DNA of 64,000 nt from a virus (IMGVR_UViG_2693429827_000001:4085-68084); one strand, 5' to 3'. Positions 44,923 to 54,308 are shown, counted from the first letter of the stretch. The notes: generated by a model from the sequence alone, not told the origin. Numbers and translations are program-made.

Positions 44923-45962
44923 GCAGCCCCCTTCGCTTGTTCTAATAATCGCGTAGACTCGATGTAATCTAGCGCACCGGCCGCTGTCCTTTTCGTCGTG
45001 TCCGGTAGGTTCGACCGCAGAATAGCCGCAACTTTCTTCCGTAACGCCGCTAGTTCATCTTCGGAAAGTGACAACGCAATCGCTCGTTTGAAGTCGTTGA
45101 ACGTCCACTTATCGAGGTCAAGCGCAGGCGGCTCGCCTTTATTCGCCATGTCTACGATATCCGCGAAACGATCGAGCACTTCTTCGCGCATTTCGTCCGT
45201 AATGTACAGGCCGAACGCCAGGATATCCGGATTCTTATCGAACTCTTCCTCCGTCATATTCCACGCCTTCTTCGAACCGTTAACGTAGAGGATAACGTAG
45301 TAGTCAACGCCATACATAACGGAGTAACAGACGCACTGCTTAACGTGATCTTCCTTCGGTCCCTTTCGCGCAGAGAAACCGGACGTTTGAGAATACGTTC
45401 CTTGCTTCGATTTAATTTCGAGCCCGATGCGGACTTCACGGCCAAGCTCCGGCACATAAACGCGCATGATTCCGTCGCCGGTTCCGTACAGAGCGAAGGA
45501 CTGTCCGTTATGTTCGATGATCTTCGCAACTTTCGCAAAGTCTTCGAATACTGGCTCGCCGAGGTCATTGCGGTCAAACCTAAACGGCGGATTCTCTCCG
45601 TTATGTCTGGCGTAATGTTTCTCCGCAAAGAGGATATCGCGTTGGATTAGGTCGCCTATTGACGTCCCCAAACGGGTCCAGCGCCCTTGATGCGGAGGTC
45701 GTGACGTAATTTCCTTCTTAGCGCCGCGCATCTTTTCGTACAGACCACGCGCATCCGAATTAGCTGCAGACGGTGAGAAGTACGGTACGTTTCGCGGCGG
45801 CCAGACTTTGCGTTTAGGGTCCGTAAGGAAATCGTAGTACCACTTATGGATCTGCGCGTCGAGAGCGTCGTCATACACTTCTGGCGCGGAGTGCCAAGCG
45901 TTAAGGAATTGCGTAAATTGCTCCGCGATCCTATTTGCGATTAGTCGGTTAGTGTCCGTAAT
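44919..45962 (-). CDS. PD-(D/E)XK (Cas4/RecB-like) exonuclease, probable ATT start
   Basis: FSPS, GT..GD, GTGDG, LEIKS, Q...Y motifs; AAGGAGG 8 nt before the ATT at 45962; alternative GTG at 45878 lacks an RBS. Confidence 0.75.
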   Translation of the reverse strand: MTDTNRLIANRIAEQFTQFLNAWHSAPEVYDDALDAQIHKWYYDFLTDPKRKVWPPRNVPYFSPSAANSDARGLYEKMRGAKKEITSRPPHQGRWTRLGTSIGDLIQRDILFAEKHYARHNGENPPFRFDRNDLGEPVFEDFAKVAKIIEHNGQSFALYGTGDGIMRVYVPELGREVRIGLEIKSKQGTYSQTSGFSARKGPKEDHVKQCVCYSVMYGVDYYVILYVNGSKKAWNMTEEEFDKNPDILAFGLYITDEMREEVLDRFADIVDMANKGEPPALDLDKWTFNDFKRAIALSLSEDELAALRKKVAAILRSNLPDTTKRTAAGALDYIESTRLLEQAKGAA

Positions 45963-46583
45963 TTAAACCGCCTCCTTAGTTTTCATAATCGTCCGTACAA
46001 TTGCGCCAGGTGGCGTATAAGTAAGCGGTCGCTCCGGACTATCAACGACGACATTGCGGTAGGTGATTCCGTTAACTTCCGCCTTCTCCTTAAGGACAGC
46101 GTAAAGCTGCAGCGTAGCTTCCACGTCGTTCATAGCACGGTGGTGTCCGTTAAGCTGAATTCCGTAACGCTCACACGACGGCGCAAGACTTGCGTTCTCG
46201 TCCGGATCGATTAGGCGTGACATGGCGCGAGTACATGCGAATCCTAACGTGAACAAAGGTAATGGAATAAACGATAGATCAAACGGAGCATTGTGAGCGA
46301 CGACCGTTGATTCAAGTGAGAATCTACGGAGTGAAGTCTTTGCGCTTGCAATGTGAGGAGCACCGCGCAAGTCCTCCGCCTTAATCCCGGTCAGCTCCGT
46401 AATAAACTCCGGAATCTCTACGCCCGGTGGCAACGAAACGTATGTCTGGAACCGCCCAATCTCGCGTATATAACCACCCGGACCAACTTCCGCACGGATG
46501 GCGGCTATTTCCGTAATGTGATCATGCTGCGGATCAAGTCCGGTTGTTTCGATGTCAATTACCGTTACGATTTCGTTCTCCAT
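45963..46583 (-). CDS. DEDDh 3'-5' exonuclease (DnaQ-like)
   Basis: DIETTG, AHNAPFD, HHRAMND. Confidence 0.92.
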   Translation of the reverse strand: MENEIVTVIDIETTGLDPQHDHITEIAAIRAEVGPGGYIREIGRFQTYVSLPPGVEIPEFITELTGIKAEDLRGAPHIASAKTSLRRFSLESTVVAHNAPFDLSFIPLPLFTLGFACTRAMSRLIDPDENASLAPSCERYGIQLNGHHRAMNDVEATLQLYAVLKEKAEVNGITYRNVVVDSPERPLTYTPPGAIVRTIMKTKEAV

Positions 46584-48848
46584 TTACGCAGCCTCCTCCG
46601 TTTTATTAGCGAACCATTCCTCCGGCGTTACTCCCTTGCCCCAACGCCGCATGATCGCGATATCCGTACCGTTAGCGACGCTGCCCCACGAATAGGATTG
46701 CGTCATAATCCGCTCAATGACCGCAATATCTTCACGCGTAAAGTTCTCGGGAATCTCGAATACTAACTCGTCGTGTATCGTTCCCCATAGCGCCCAACCT
46801 TCGCGCTTGCGGCACTCTTCGTGCGCCTTGATCATCGTTACTTTCGTCTGGACGGCGGAACTCCCTTGTACGCGAGCATTCGTACCCTGACGCATCGCCC
46901 GGTTTATCTTCGCGTTATGCTTGCGCAGCTCATCGTATTTGGGATCGTTCCACTTACCGTACGGTATCTCTTTGCGCTTAAGTTTTCCGTCAGGCAACCG
47001 CCGTTTACGCTGCTGCTTATCCGCCCATACGAATCCGTACTTAGCGACGTGTTCCTCATTCGTCTTAAGCCAAGCGGATAACTTAGGCATGCCGCCGAAC
47101 AACTCTTCCTTAAACGCGGTCGCTTCCGCTTTCGATAAACCGAGCATTTCCGCGAGAGAATAATCACTCATTCCGTAAAGTGTCGCGAGCCAGACAACCT
47201 TCATCGCTTTACGTTCAGGCGTGTCCTCACCGTTCGGAAGCTTATTAACTTCGTGATACGGTCGTTTGTAGTACATGCTCGCCATGTTTGCGTACGGATC
47301 GATTCCCTTTTCAAAGGCTTCGATTAGGACCGGTTCTCCGGATAGGTAAGCGGTACAACGTATTTCCTGCGCTTTAAAGTCCGCGGATATCAAGACTTTA
47401 CCGTCGGGAGCCACGAACATTTTACGCGCATCCTCCGGCTGATTCTGAACGTTAAACTGGTTGGAATCCGCAGCGTCCTCGTCCTTGCCCGAACTGAAAC
47501 GCCCCGTAACGGTTCCAATCGGATTGAATCGCGAGTGCCAGCGCTTAGTCGTCGGATTCTGTTTCGTGGGCAACGCGTCAATGTAAGTTCCGCTCAACTT
47601 CGTTATCTTCCGGTATTCCAGTAGGTCCGCGATTACTTCGTATTGTTTGGCGAGAGGCTTTAACGTCTTCTTCGCGTCCATATTCGGAAGTTCCTTACCG
47701 ATTAATTTCGATAAAGCCGCCTTCATTTGTGGCGTAGAGTTGAGATTGATTTCGCCGTCACCGTCGTGGTATTTCGCTAATATTCCGATAAGCTTCGCAT
47801 GCAGCTCTTTGGCCCGAGCGTTCAGTTGCTCACCGTATTCCTTCGCGAAATCTAAATCGAGAATGTATCCGTTGGCCTCCAAATCCACGATTACGTAGAG
47901 AAGCGGAACTTCGACCTTTTCGTAATATTCGAGCACGGTCGGAAGCTCCGCGAAGTGCCTACGTTGGAACTGATATAGACGCCAGGTTAAATCCGTATCC
48001 TTTGCCGCATATGCCAACGCGATGTCTAGCGGTATTTGATTAAACGGTGTCTTTCCGAATAACTCCGCGAATGTGTCCGACTCCACTCCGAGATATAGTG
48101 GCGCTAAGTCTTTCAAGCGGAACGACGGTTCATTTTCGTTGAGCAAATGCATCGCAACCATCGTGTCCCACGTTACGCCGCGCAGATCGTAACCGTGCCG
48201 CCTAAACATCGCTATATCGAATATCGCGTTATGGAGAACCTTGCCGATGTCCTCGCTATATAGGAACCAACGCAATTCAGATAGAACGTAATCACGCGAT
48301 AGTTGTTCGCCATCTTCGTGCATGACCGGAATATACACGTGCATGCCTTTTTCGGTTAAAGGCGGAATGCTTACGGATGGCAACGTTAATGACAAGCCGA
48401 CAATCTCGTCGGTATAAACGTCAACTCCGGTGGTCTCGGTATCGACAGCGACTTCGGTTTCGTTACGCAGCCTTACGATGAGACGCGATAGTAGCTTCTC
48501 GTTATTAATTAGGAAGAAGTTTTTCGGCGTGTCTTCGACCATCCTACGTAAAGTCTCCGATTTATTACGTTCTTGCAATTCCGTATATAAGCGCATAGCC
48601 TCCGCTTTACTGAACCGCTTGCCCGCATCGGACGGGTGTCTGCCTATTACACCCGTCTCCATTGCGGACTTAACTGCGAGTAACCTTTCGCGATCCGTGT
48701 CCGTATTCTTCATCGCTAAGATGCGCGTCCACGACTCGGCCACAGTTTCATTCGCGGCTTTCTTGCGTTTAACTGCGGCGGCTACACGCTCAGTTGCGTC
48801 GGTATCCGTGGTAGGTTGACGTATATTTAACGTGAGTTTTACGTCCAA
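46584..48848 (-). CDS. polA: Family A DNA polymerase with 3'-5' exonuclease
   Basis: DTETTG, HNAIFD, YAAKD, TVTGRFSS, ADFKAQEIR, RKAMK....LYG, VQGSSA, IHDE. Confidence 0.95.
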   Translation of the reverse strand: MDVKLTLNIRQPTTDTDATERVAAAVKRKKAANETVAESWTRILAMKNTDTDRERLLAVKSAMETGVIGRHPSDAGKRFSKAEAMRLYTELQERNKSETLRRMVEDTPKNFFLINNEKLLSRLIVRLRNETEVAVDTETTGVDVYTDEIVGLSLTLPSVSIPPLTEKGMHVYIPVMHEDGEQLSRDYVLSELRWFLYSEDIGKVLHNAIFDIAMFRRHGYDLRGVTWDTMVAMHLLNENEPSFRLKDLAPLYLGVESDTFAELFGKTPFNQIPLDIALAYAAKDTDLTWRLYQFQRRHFAELPTVLEYYEKVEVPLLYVIVDLEANGYILDLDFAKEYGEQLNARAKELHAKLIGILAKYHDGDGEINLNSTPQMKAALSKLIGKELPNMDAKKTLKPLAKQYEVIADLLEYRKITKLSGTYIDALPTKQNPTTKRWHSRFNPIGTVTGRFSSGKDEDAADSNQFNVQNQPEDARKMFVAPDGKVLISADFKAQEIRCTAYLSGEPVLIEAFEKGIDPYANMASMYYKRPYHEVNKLPNGEDTPERKAMKVVWLATLYGMSDYSLAEMLGLSKAEATAFKEELFGGMPKLSAWLKTNEEHVAKYGFVWADKQQRKRRLPDGKLKRKEIPYGKWNDPKYDELRKHNAKINRAMRQGTNARVQGSSAVQTKVTMIKAHEECRKREGWALWGTIHDELVFEIPENFTREDIAVIERIMTQSYSWGSVANGTDIAIMRRWGKGVTPEEWFANKTEEAA

Positions 48849-48860
48849 ATAACCGCCTCC

Positions 48861-50306
48861 TTACGCCGACTGGTCGAACCGTTGCTCGACCGGTACGACT
48901 AGTTTTACGCGCCTCGACACAATCCACGGACAAGTTCTATCTGTTCCCGTTGACAAACGTAGAACATCATCATCACCATGTGTCACCACGTCAACCAGTC
49001 CTACACGATAACCGCTACTACCGCTCTCCATTACCTCAACGATATCGCCGCGCTTAAACTCGTTAACCTCGCGTCCAATCTTCGCCCATTTAGCGCGCTC
49101 GGCTTCCCGCGCAGCTTCTTCCGCTTTATTGCGTTCGATTTCCGCTGATTCCTCCGCAGTCAGCTTCGTTAGTTCGTTTGGCTTCGCGCTCCATCCGGAT
49201 TGAGACGGGAAGTCCACCGTGATTAACGAATTAGACACGCTGGCTACCTTACCGATATCACCGTTCTCTACCTCACCGAATCCGTGTTTCGGACGCTGCC
49301 CTTCAGTGAGCGAAAGTTTAACGGTGTCGCCGACTTCAAACGTTGGCTTAGGCGCAGTGGCAGCGTCAAACTCCTCTTTCGTAACCTTGCGCAAGGCGTC
49401 CGCATTTGCGAATCCAAGTGTGGTGCTATCCGGATTTTCAATCGTAAGTGCGCGTACTCCTTCCGGACCAAATTCGGATACTATGACGTATTTACCTTTG
49501 CTCAACCTCACGCCGGTACTTGCGTTGTCATCCGAAGGGTTCTCGATCACCGCGTAGCCGCCGCCCTTAAAATCGCCGAGTTTTAACGCGTATTTGGCTG
49601 CGGCGACCTCATCGTCAGTTGCTCGGACAAATCGCTCCGCCTTGAACCATGCGGTTTCTCCGCTAAGTACCTGCTTACCGCGGAAAGGTGTCGAGCTCCC
49701 GTCGTCCGTGGTAATCTCAAAAACATCCCCTACTTTTACCCATGACTCCGGTGTAGAGTCGTCGATAACTCCCACGCTAATTACCTTCGCATACTCTCCG
49801 ACTCTCAGGCGTTCAGGCTGCGCAGGTTGCGTTGCAGTCTCCGCGGCTACCGGTTCGAGTACGACGTATTCGCGGTACAAAACGAATTGCGTATCGTTTA
49901 CGTACAGGTCGCCGCCGTAATACGCGTCAGTAACCGTAAACTCTGCGCCATTTTCGTAGCCGTCTTCGCTGCGATCTTTATCGACGATACGGATGCGTTC
50001 ACCAACTGTCGCCTTCCGTTTAACCTCGCGATATTGTTGCGGCGCCAGTTCCGTCACCTTCTCGTAGACTTCGAAGGACAGATTACAAGTATCGCAACCA
50101 TCTCCGTCTTCATCCGTAATCTGCGCGTCCCCGCAGCTATCTACTTCGTCAACCGCATAAAACGCACCATTGACTACGTATCTAGGCGCATCCTCATCGG
50201 TAATACGGATAACGTCGCCCTCTTGCGCACTACGGTCAACCTTACGGTATTTCGCACCGTTAATCTCTACGTCTGCCACCGGAATAATTACGTTCAATTT
50301 CGCCAT
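48861..50306 (-). CDS. Hypothetical protein of tandem SH3/KOW-like repeats
   Basis: About six units beginning (V/E)G(D/E)..(R/K)(I/V). Confidence 0.7.
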   Translation of the reverse strand: MAKLNVIIPVADVEINGAKYRKVDRSAQEGDVIRITDEDAPRYVVNGAFYAVDEVDSCGDAQITDEDGDGCDTCNLSFEVYEKVTELAPQQYREVKRKATVGERIRIVDKDRSEDGYENGAEFTVTDAYYGGDLYVNDTQFVLYREYVVLEPVAAETATQPAQPERLRVGEYAKVISVGVIDDSTPESWVKVGDVFEITTDDGSSTPFRGKQVLSGETAWFKAERFVRATDDEVAAAKYALKLGDFKGGGYAVIENPSDDNASTGVRLSKGKYVIVSEFGPEGVRALTIENPDSTTLGFANADALRKVTKEEFDAATAPKPTFEVGDTVKLSLTEGQRPKHGFGEVENGDIGKVASVSNSLITVDFPSQSGWSAKPNELTKLTAEESAEIERNKAEEAAREAERAKWAKIGREVNEFKRGDIVEVMESGSSGYRVGLVDVVTHGDDDVLRLSTGTDRTCPWIVSRRVKLVVPVEQRFDQSA

Positions 50307-50358
50307 ATATAATCGTCTCCTTTTATATTCGAATTGGACTTGCGTAAAACTCAGTTAA

Positions 50359-50784
50359 TTAGGCGGCTACAGCAGCGGTAGTACTAAAAGCTTCGCGGTC
50401 TAGTGAAATACTTAGCTCCACCCAACGTTTAGCCGCCGATGCTTCGGACGCCCAGTACTCTCCGTAACCTTTGTTCTCGAACATGTACACGCGCGGAACC
50501 TCGCCATTTTGCGCCCAGACGCCAACAATGTAGCCAGCATCGGATTTAGCGTAAGGCTCTCCGTTCCCTTTCTTCGCGTACACAACGAGTTCGTTATTGC
50601 GGTCGGACCGTTGCCTAATGGTCTTCACTTGAATCTTAACGTACGCTCCGGACAGCGGATCTTGCGCAAGGATATCGTGCGCTTCGGCCGTCTCCGATTC
50701 GTACACCGTCCATCCATTCGCGAGTAACGCAGCTCGTGCGATTAGCTCGGAATAGGTACCCGTAATTTCCGTAATATGCGCCAT
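50359..50784 (-). CDS. PD-(D/E)XK endonuclease-like protein
   Basis: G..SE, HDIL, KIQVKT. Confidence 0.7.
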   Translation of the reverse strand: MAHITEITGTYSELIARAALLANGWTVYESETAEAHDILAQDPLSGAYVKIQVKTIRQRSDRNNELVVYAKKGNGEPYAKSDAGYIVGVWAQNGEVPRVYMFENKGYGEYWASEASAAKRWVELSISLDREAFSTTAAVAA

Positions 50785-51057
50785 TCATTCGCCCTCCTTT
50801 TCGGGTATAAATACGATTTCCATTTCGCCGGGTCCGCCGTCAGTCTTCGGATACTCTATCGGTCCGATCGCGCTGGCCTCGGTAGGCTCAACGCTGACCG
50901 CGATATTTACCGTGAAGAGTCCGTGTTGATCGGTTAGATTCGTTAGGAACTTCGCTACATATTCGCCGACTTTCGGAAGCTTATTCGCAGCGTCTACGTT
51001 AATGCCGATGGAAAGCGTGCGTCCTTCGGGTCCTAGCGGAAATCCTGGATCGCTCAT
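50785..51057 (-). CDS. Hypothetical protein
   Basis: GGAGGTG RBS before the ATG at 51057. Confidence 0.6.
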   Translation of the reverse strand: MSDPGFPLGPEGRTLSIGINVDAANKLPKVGEYVAKFLTNLTDQHGLFTVNIAVSVEPTEASAIGPIEYPKTDGGPGEMEIVFIPEKEGE

Positions 51058-51073
51058 GCCGCGACACCTCCGT

Positions 51074-51262
51074 TTAGTTAGTTGCGGTTCTTGCGGCCGC
51101 ACCGCCCAGTATCGATACGATAACGATAAGGGCAGCCGCTTTAATAAGACCGAAGTCCACCTCGAATACGAACGTAATCAATAGCGATAGCACATACGAT
51201 ACGGCCGCGAAGAAGCCGGCGTATAAGACCAGGTAAAGTAACGCGGTAAGTGCGTTTTTCAT
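51074..51262 (-). CDS. Small membrane protein
   Basis: Two TM helices; GGAGG RBS. Confidence 0.65.
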   Translation of the reverse strand: MKNALTALLYLVLYAGFFAAVSYVLSLLITFVFEVDFGLIKAAALIVIVSILGGAAARTATN

Positions 51263-51283
51263 GCGCAGTCCCTCCCTTCGTTA

Positions 51284-52081
51284 TTAAAACGGCAGTTCTT
51301 CGTCGCTGATATCGATTGGTGCGTCATCACCTGCGGGTTCCGGCGCGTTGTTAGTAGCGTTAGCTCCGATTGATAATCCGAGGCGCGCGATATCGAATCC
51401 GGCGATTACGAGGTTCTTGATTTGCTCGTCCTCGTCCGCAATGAATAAGCACGATTCGAACGATTCCATATCGAACGGTTTCTCGCCGAGTTTAGCGAAG
51501 TTCTTGCGTTCGGCATCCGATAAGTCTTCGTCCATATCGATGATCGGTGATAGCGCGACGACTGCGTTTGTGCCGGTACCAGACTTCGAAAGTTCGAACG
51601 CCAGGCTATCGAGTTTCTTCGCGTACTTTTCGATGACGGCCTTGAGCGTCTTCTCTTGCTTAGGCGAGAGGTCCACTACGATGTCCTTACCGGTCTCTAA
51701 GTCGAAGAATGCGCGTAAGAAACGTTGCTTGCCGCGGTACAAATACGCTTCGTCCGTGATTTCTTTGACTGCGTCTTCACTGGCGCCGGCTTCCTTCGCT
51801 TTCTTAGCGTCGGCATAAAGGAGCTCAGATGCGCGGTCCCATACGGACGGGTCGGACTCAACGAAGCCGCGAGCGTTACGTTTAGCCTGCACCGTCGGAA
51901 CAAACGTGTTTACTTTCTTGTAGATGCTGTATCCGTAGTACTCAGCGACATCGAACACGGATTTAACGCCGACCTTAAACGTGCTGCCCGACTTGAACGA
52001 TACGATCGGACTTTCTTGCGCCCCTCCGTCATTGTTAGAAGCCTGGACCGCTGCTTGCCCTTTACTCGCGAAGATTGACAT
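51284..52081 (-). CDS. Putative single-stranded DNA-binding protein (gp32-like position)
   Basis: Acidic tail DISDEELPF; upstream of the polymerase block; ATG at 52081 with GAGGAG. Confidence 0.65.
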   Translation of the reverse strand: MSIFASKGQAAVQASNNDGGAQESPIVSFKSGSTFKVGVKSVFDVAEYYGYSIYKKVNTFVPTVQAKRNARGFVESDPSVWDRASELLYADAKKAKEAGASEDAVKEITDEAYLYRGKQRFLRAFFDLETGKDIVVDLSPKQEKTLKAVIEKYAKKLDSLAFELSKSGTGTNAVVALSPIIDMDEDLSDAERKNFAKLGEKPFDMESFESCLFIADEDEQIKNLVIAGFDIARLGLSIGANATNNAPEPAGDDAPIDISDEELPF

Positions 52082-52109
52082 TAACACAACACTCTCCTCG
52101 GTTTTAATG

Positions 52110-52240
52110 TTCGAGCGTGGATTGCGTATCGGATACGTGTGCACTCCGTATCGTCTACGACTTACGTTTAGTTCCTACGCTCGCGGCACGGCACTAACGG
52201 TCAAGTTCACGTTAACACCGCGCAGCCGGCGTAGGAGGAC
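52110..52240 (-). ncRNA. Candidate structured leader RNA of the SSB gene
   Basis: Outer stem UCCUACGC/GCGUAGGA; inner 14-bp stem with four G-U pairs on the minus strand; second hairpin GAUACG/CGUAUC. Confidence 0.55.
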
Positions 52241-52266
52241 CGGCATTATAATAGGAAACGATTAGT

Positions 52267-52833
52267 TCACACGTAAGCTACAACGCTTTTCATTACGTTC
52301 GTTTTCTCGCGCTGAACGTGGATCAATTCCGCGTCTAAAGCGCTAATTTCACGGTCAATCTCCGCAATGCGTGCGGCCATTTCCGATACAACACGATTGG
52401 ATTCCGATTTAGCTCGGCGCAACTCCGCCTGGGCGCGCTCAACACTGAGCTCGGCTTTGCGTATATTAATGCGTTTAATCTCGCGTTTCTCTTTTCGTTC
52501 AGCCGCGTTAATGGCGCGCTGAATAATGCGCTCAATCGGATTGCGTACGATTTCGTTCGCTTTATGCTGCGGATACAGCGTATAAACGGTCGATTCGGTC
52601 GGATGAACGATGAATACCGTGCGTCTGTACGCGAACATGCGGCCGGGTTTGCCCTCTTCGTCGATGACGTGCGCAGATACTAGCGATGCTTTACGCAACA
52701 AATCCATTACGTACATTGGCGCCTTGCTGCGTTCGACGCCGAAATGTTCCGTAGCGCGATCGCAAGCGTGAGGGGAAACGAATATCTTACCGACAAAGTG
52801 CGTGCCGGCCTTCGGGTCGATTGCGCAACTCAT
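52267..52833 (-). CDS. Hypothetical protein with C-terminal coiled coil
   Basis: VSPHACDR N-domain; coupled to the upstream ORF. Confidence 0.7.
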   Translation of the reverse strand: MSCAIDPKAGTHFVGKIFVSPHACDRATEHFGVERSKAPMYVMDLLRKASLVSAHVIDEEGKPGRMFAYRRTVFIVHPTESTVYTLYPQHKANEIVRNPIERIIQRAINAAERKEKREIKRINIRKAELSVERAQAELRRAKSESNRVVSEMAARIAEIDREISALDAELIHVQREKTNVMKSVVAYV

Positions 52834-53021
52834 GCGAGACGCACCGCCTTTGCCAGCGATTTGGTAACGATATAGTCAGCGGAGTCCTCGTACGGCTCGA
52901 CTGCTCCGTCGTAAAAGTAATTCGCTTGATTGCGGTGATAATTGTTACTTTTATAATAAAAACGCGAAACCTCGTTGTTATTTGAACGTAAAATACCGTA
53001 AATGTAACGTGCCATGGGCAT
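52830..53021 (-). CDS. Small Tyr/Asn-rich hypothetical protein
   Basis: AGGAGG RBS before the ATG at 53021. Confidence 0.6.
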   Translation of the reverse strand: MPMARYIYGILRSNNNEVSRFYYKSNNYHRNQANYFYDGAVEPYEDSADYIVTKSLAKAVRLA

Positions 53022-53051
53022 AATCCTCCTAAAAAATATTGGCAAAAGCGG

Positions 53052-53112
53052 TTGTAACGTGTTACAATTCACGTTGTGAGCGATTAAATGTAATGCGTTA
53101 CAAAACGTTACG
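53052..53112. promoter_or_regulatory. Palindromic operator array
   Basis: TTGTAAC-GT-GTTACAA (53052), TGTAAT-GC-GTTACA (53089), further half site CGTTAC. Confidence 0.6.
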
Positions 53113-53263
53113 CCAGTGAATTTGCATTTTCACAAAAATAATACATAAAATGGTTAATAAGTAACTGCATGTTAGATTGACACCTATGTTAAAATGTATA
53201 TAGAGGCTGTTAGTCGGACTTCATGCCTAAAAGCCCGACTTACGATCTCTATAATTTTCAAAA

Positions 53264-53950
53264 TTAAGAAGCTGTAGTTACAAATTCGCGTTTAACTTCT
53301 ACTCCATTGGGTAAGTAATGTAATAAGTCTCCATGTTGGGTAGAGTTAAAATGGCGAGCAAGACTGCGGAGCTTGCGGTCAACTGAGTTGCGGTGTACTC
53401 CTAACACTTTGGCGAGTGTTCCGAGTTTAACATCCTCATTCTCAGCAATTTCTTCAAACCCTTTGATGACGGACATCATCACTGGGTCATTATGGATCTT
53501 CGCGGATTCTAGAATGAAGGCGATCAATTGGCGTTGATCGTCTTTATTCTTTTTACAGATACTTTCAACTACGTCTGATTCGAACTGGGCTTCGGTTCCC
53601 CGTTCTTGATTCAGTTTAAGTTCAATGAGAGTTGGCGTGCTCTCTTCGCCTTCTGAATCCCGGGATGGCGGCTGCAGTTTGACTCGTCGCGCATAGGTTC
53701 CTTCTCGTCGTTTAGTGATTCGTGATGCTTTCGATCTAAGCGTTTTGTTTAACCAAGTTGTTAGGCTCGCTCCTTTGGTCGGGTCATATTTTCCGTACTG
53801 TATCCAGAACTCTTCACTTAATTGACTTTCAAACTCCTGGATTGGGATGAAGCTCCTTCGGCTAAACTCTTTCGAAATTGCGAGGATTAAGAATCTGTGT
53901 TGTCGGTAAGCTTCACTGAATTTTTGCTGTTCGTCAATTGTTTGTTGCAT
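53264..53950 (-). CDS. Phage-encoded sigma-factor-like protein
   Basis: Region 2-like KYDPTKGASLTTWL; C-terminal HTH LAKVLGVHRNSVDRKL. Confidence 0.75.
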   Translation of the reverse strand: MQQTIDEQQKFSEAYRQHRFLILAISKEFSRRSFIPIQEFESQLSEEFWIQYGKYDPTKGASLTTWLNKTLRSKASRITKRREGTYARRVKLQPPSRDSEGEESTPTLIELKLNQERGTEAQFESDVVESICKKNKDDQRQLIAFILESAKIHNDPVMMSVIKGFEEIAENEDVKLGTLAKVLGVHRNSVDRKLRSLARHFNSTQHGDLLHYLPNGVEVKREFVTTAS

Positions 53951-53969
53951 TCATTTACCTCCTCATGTG

Positions 53970-54009
53970 CTTATACTTATTTATTTACCGCTACTTTTTA
54001 GTTCGTACA
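53970..54009 (-). promoter_or_regulatory. Conserved 40-bp phage promoter-like motif, copy 2
   Basis: TGTACGAA-cta-AAAAGTAGCGGTAAATA-aataa-GTATAAG, directly before the sigma gene RBS. Confidence 0.75.
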
Positions 54010-54051
54010 CTTTTGGTAGAAAATTTTATAAAAATAATTTCGGAGGCATTT

Positions 54052-54270
54052 ATGGCTTATACAGTCACTAAATGCCTGCTCGGAGAGATACTTGCTGAAA
54101 AGAAAATGACAAAAGCTGAACTGTCCCGACGCACTGGGATAGGAGAGACTATGATTCACGACTACATATCTCTGCGGAACATAATGGGGCTAGACAAAGC
54201 TAAGATAATAGCAGAGGTACTTGAACTTGAATCACCTTTTATGTTGTATAAGTGGAAGAAAATTAGGTAG
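54052..54270 (+). CDS. XRE-family HTH regulator
   Basis: MTKAELSRRTGIGETMIHDY; GGAGG RBS. Confidence 0.85.
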   Translation: MAYTVTKCLLGEILAEKKMTKAELSRRTGIGETMIHDYISLRNIMGLDKAKIIAEVLELESPFMLYKWKKIR

Positions 54271-54308
54271 ACCCCGAGCAGGTGCGCGTTGGCTTAGCCC
54301 TCGTGCCC

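Noticed and set aside
44919-45962. CRISPR-Cas (Cas4-like nuclease)
   Set aside because: No repeat-spacer array or other cas genes; context is phage recombination
35062-48848. Group I introns or inteins in thyX, nrdAB, polA
   Set aside because: These genes are continuous and normal length; HNH genes lie between genes
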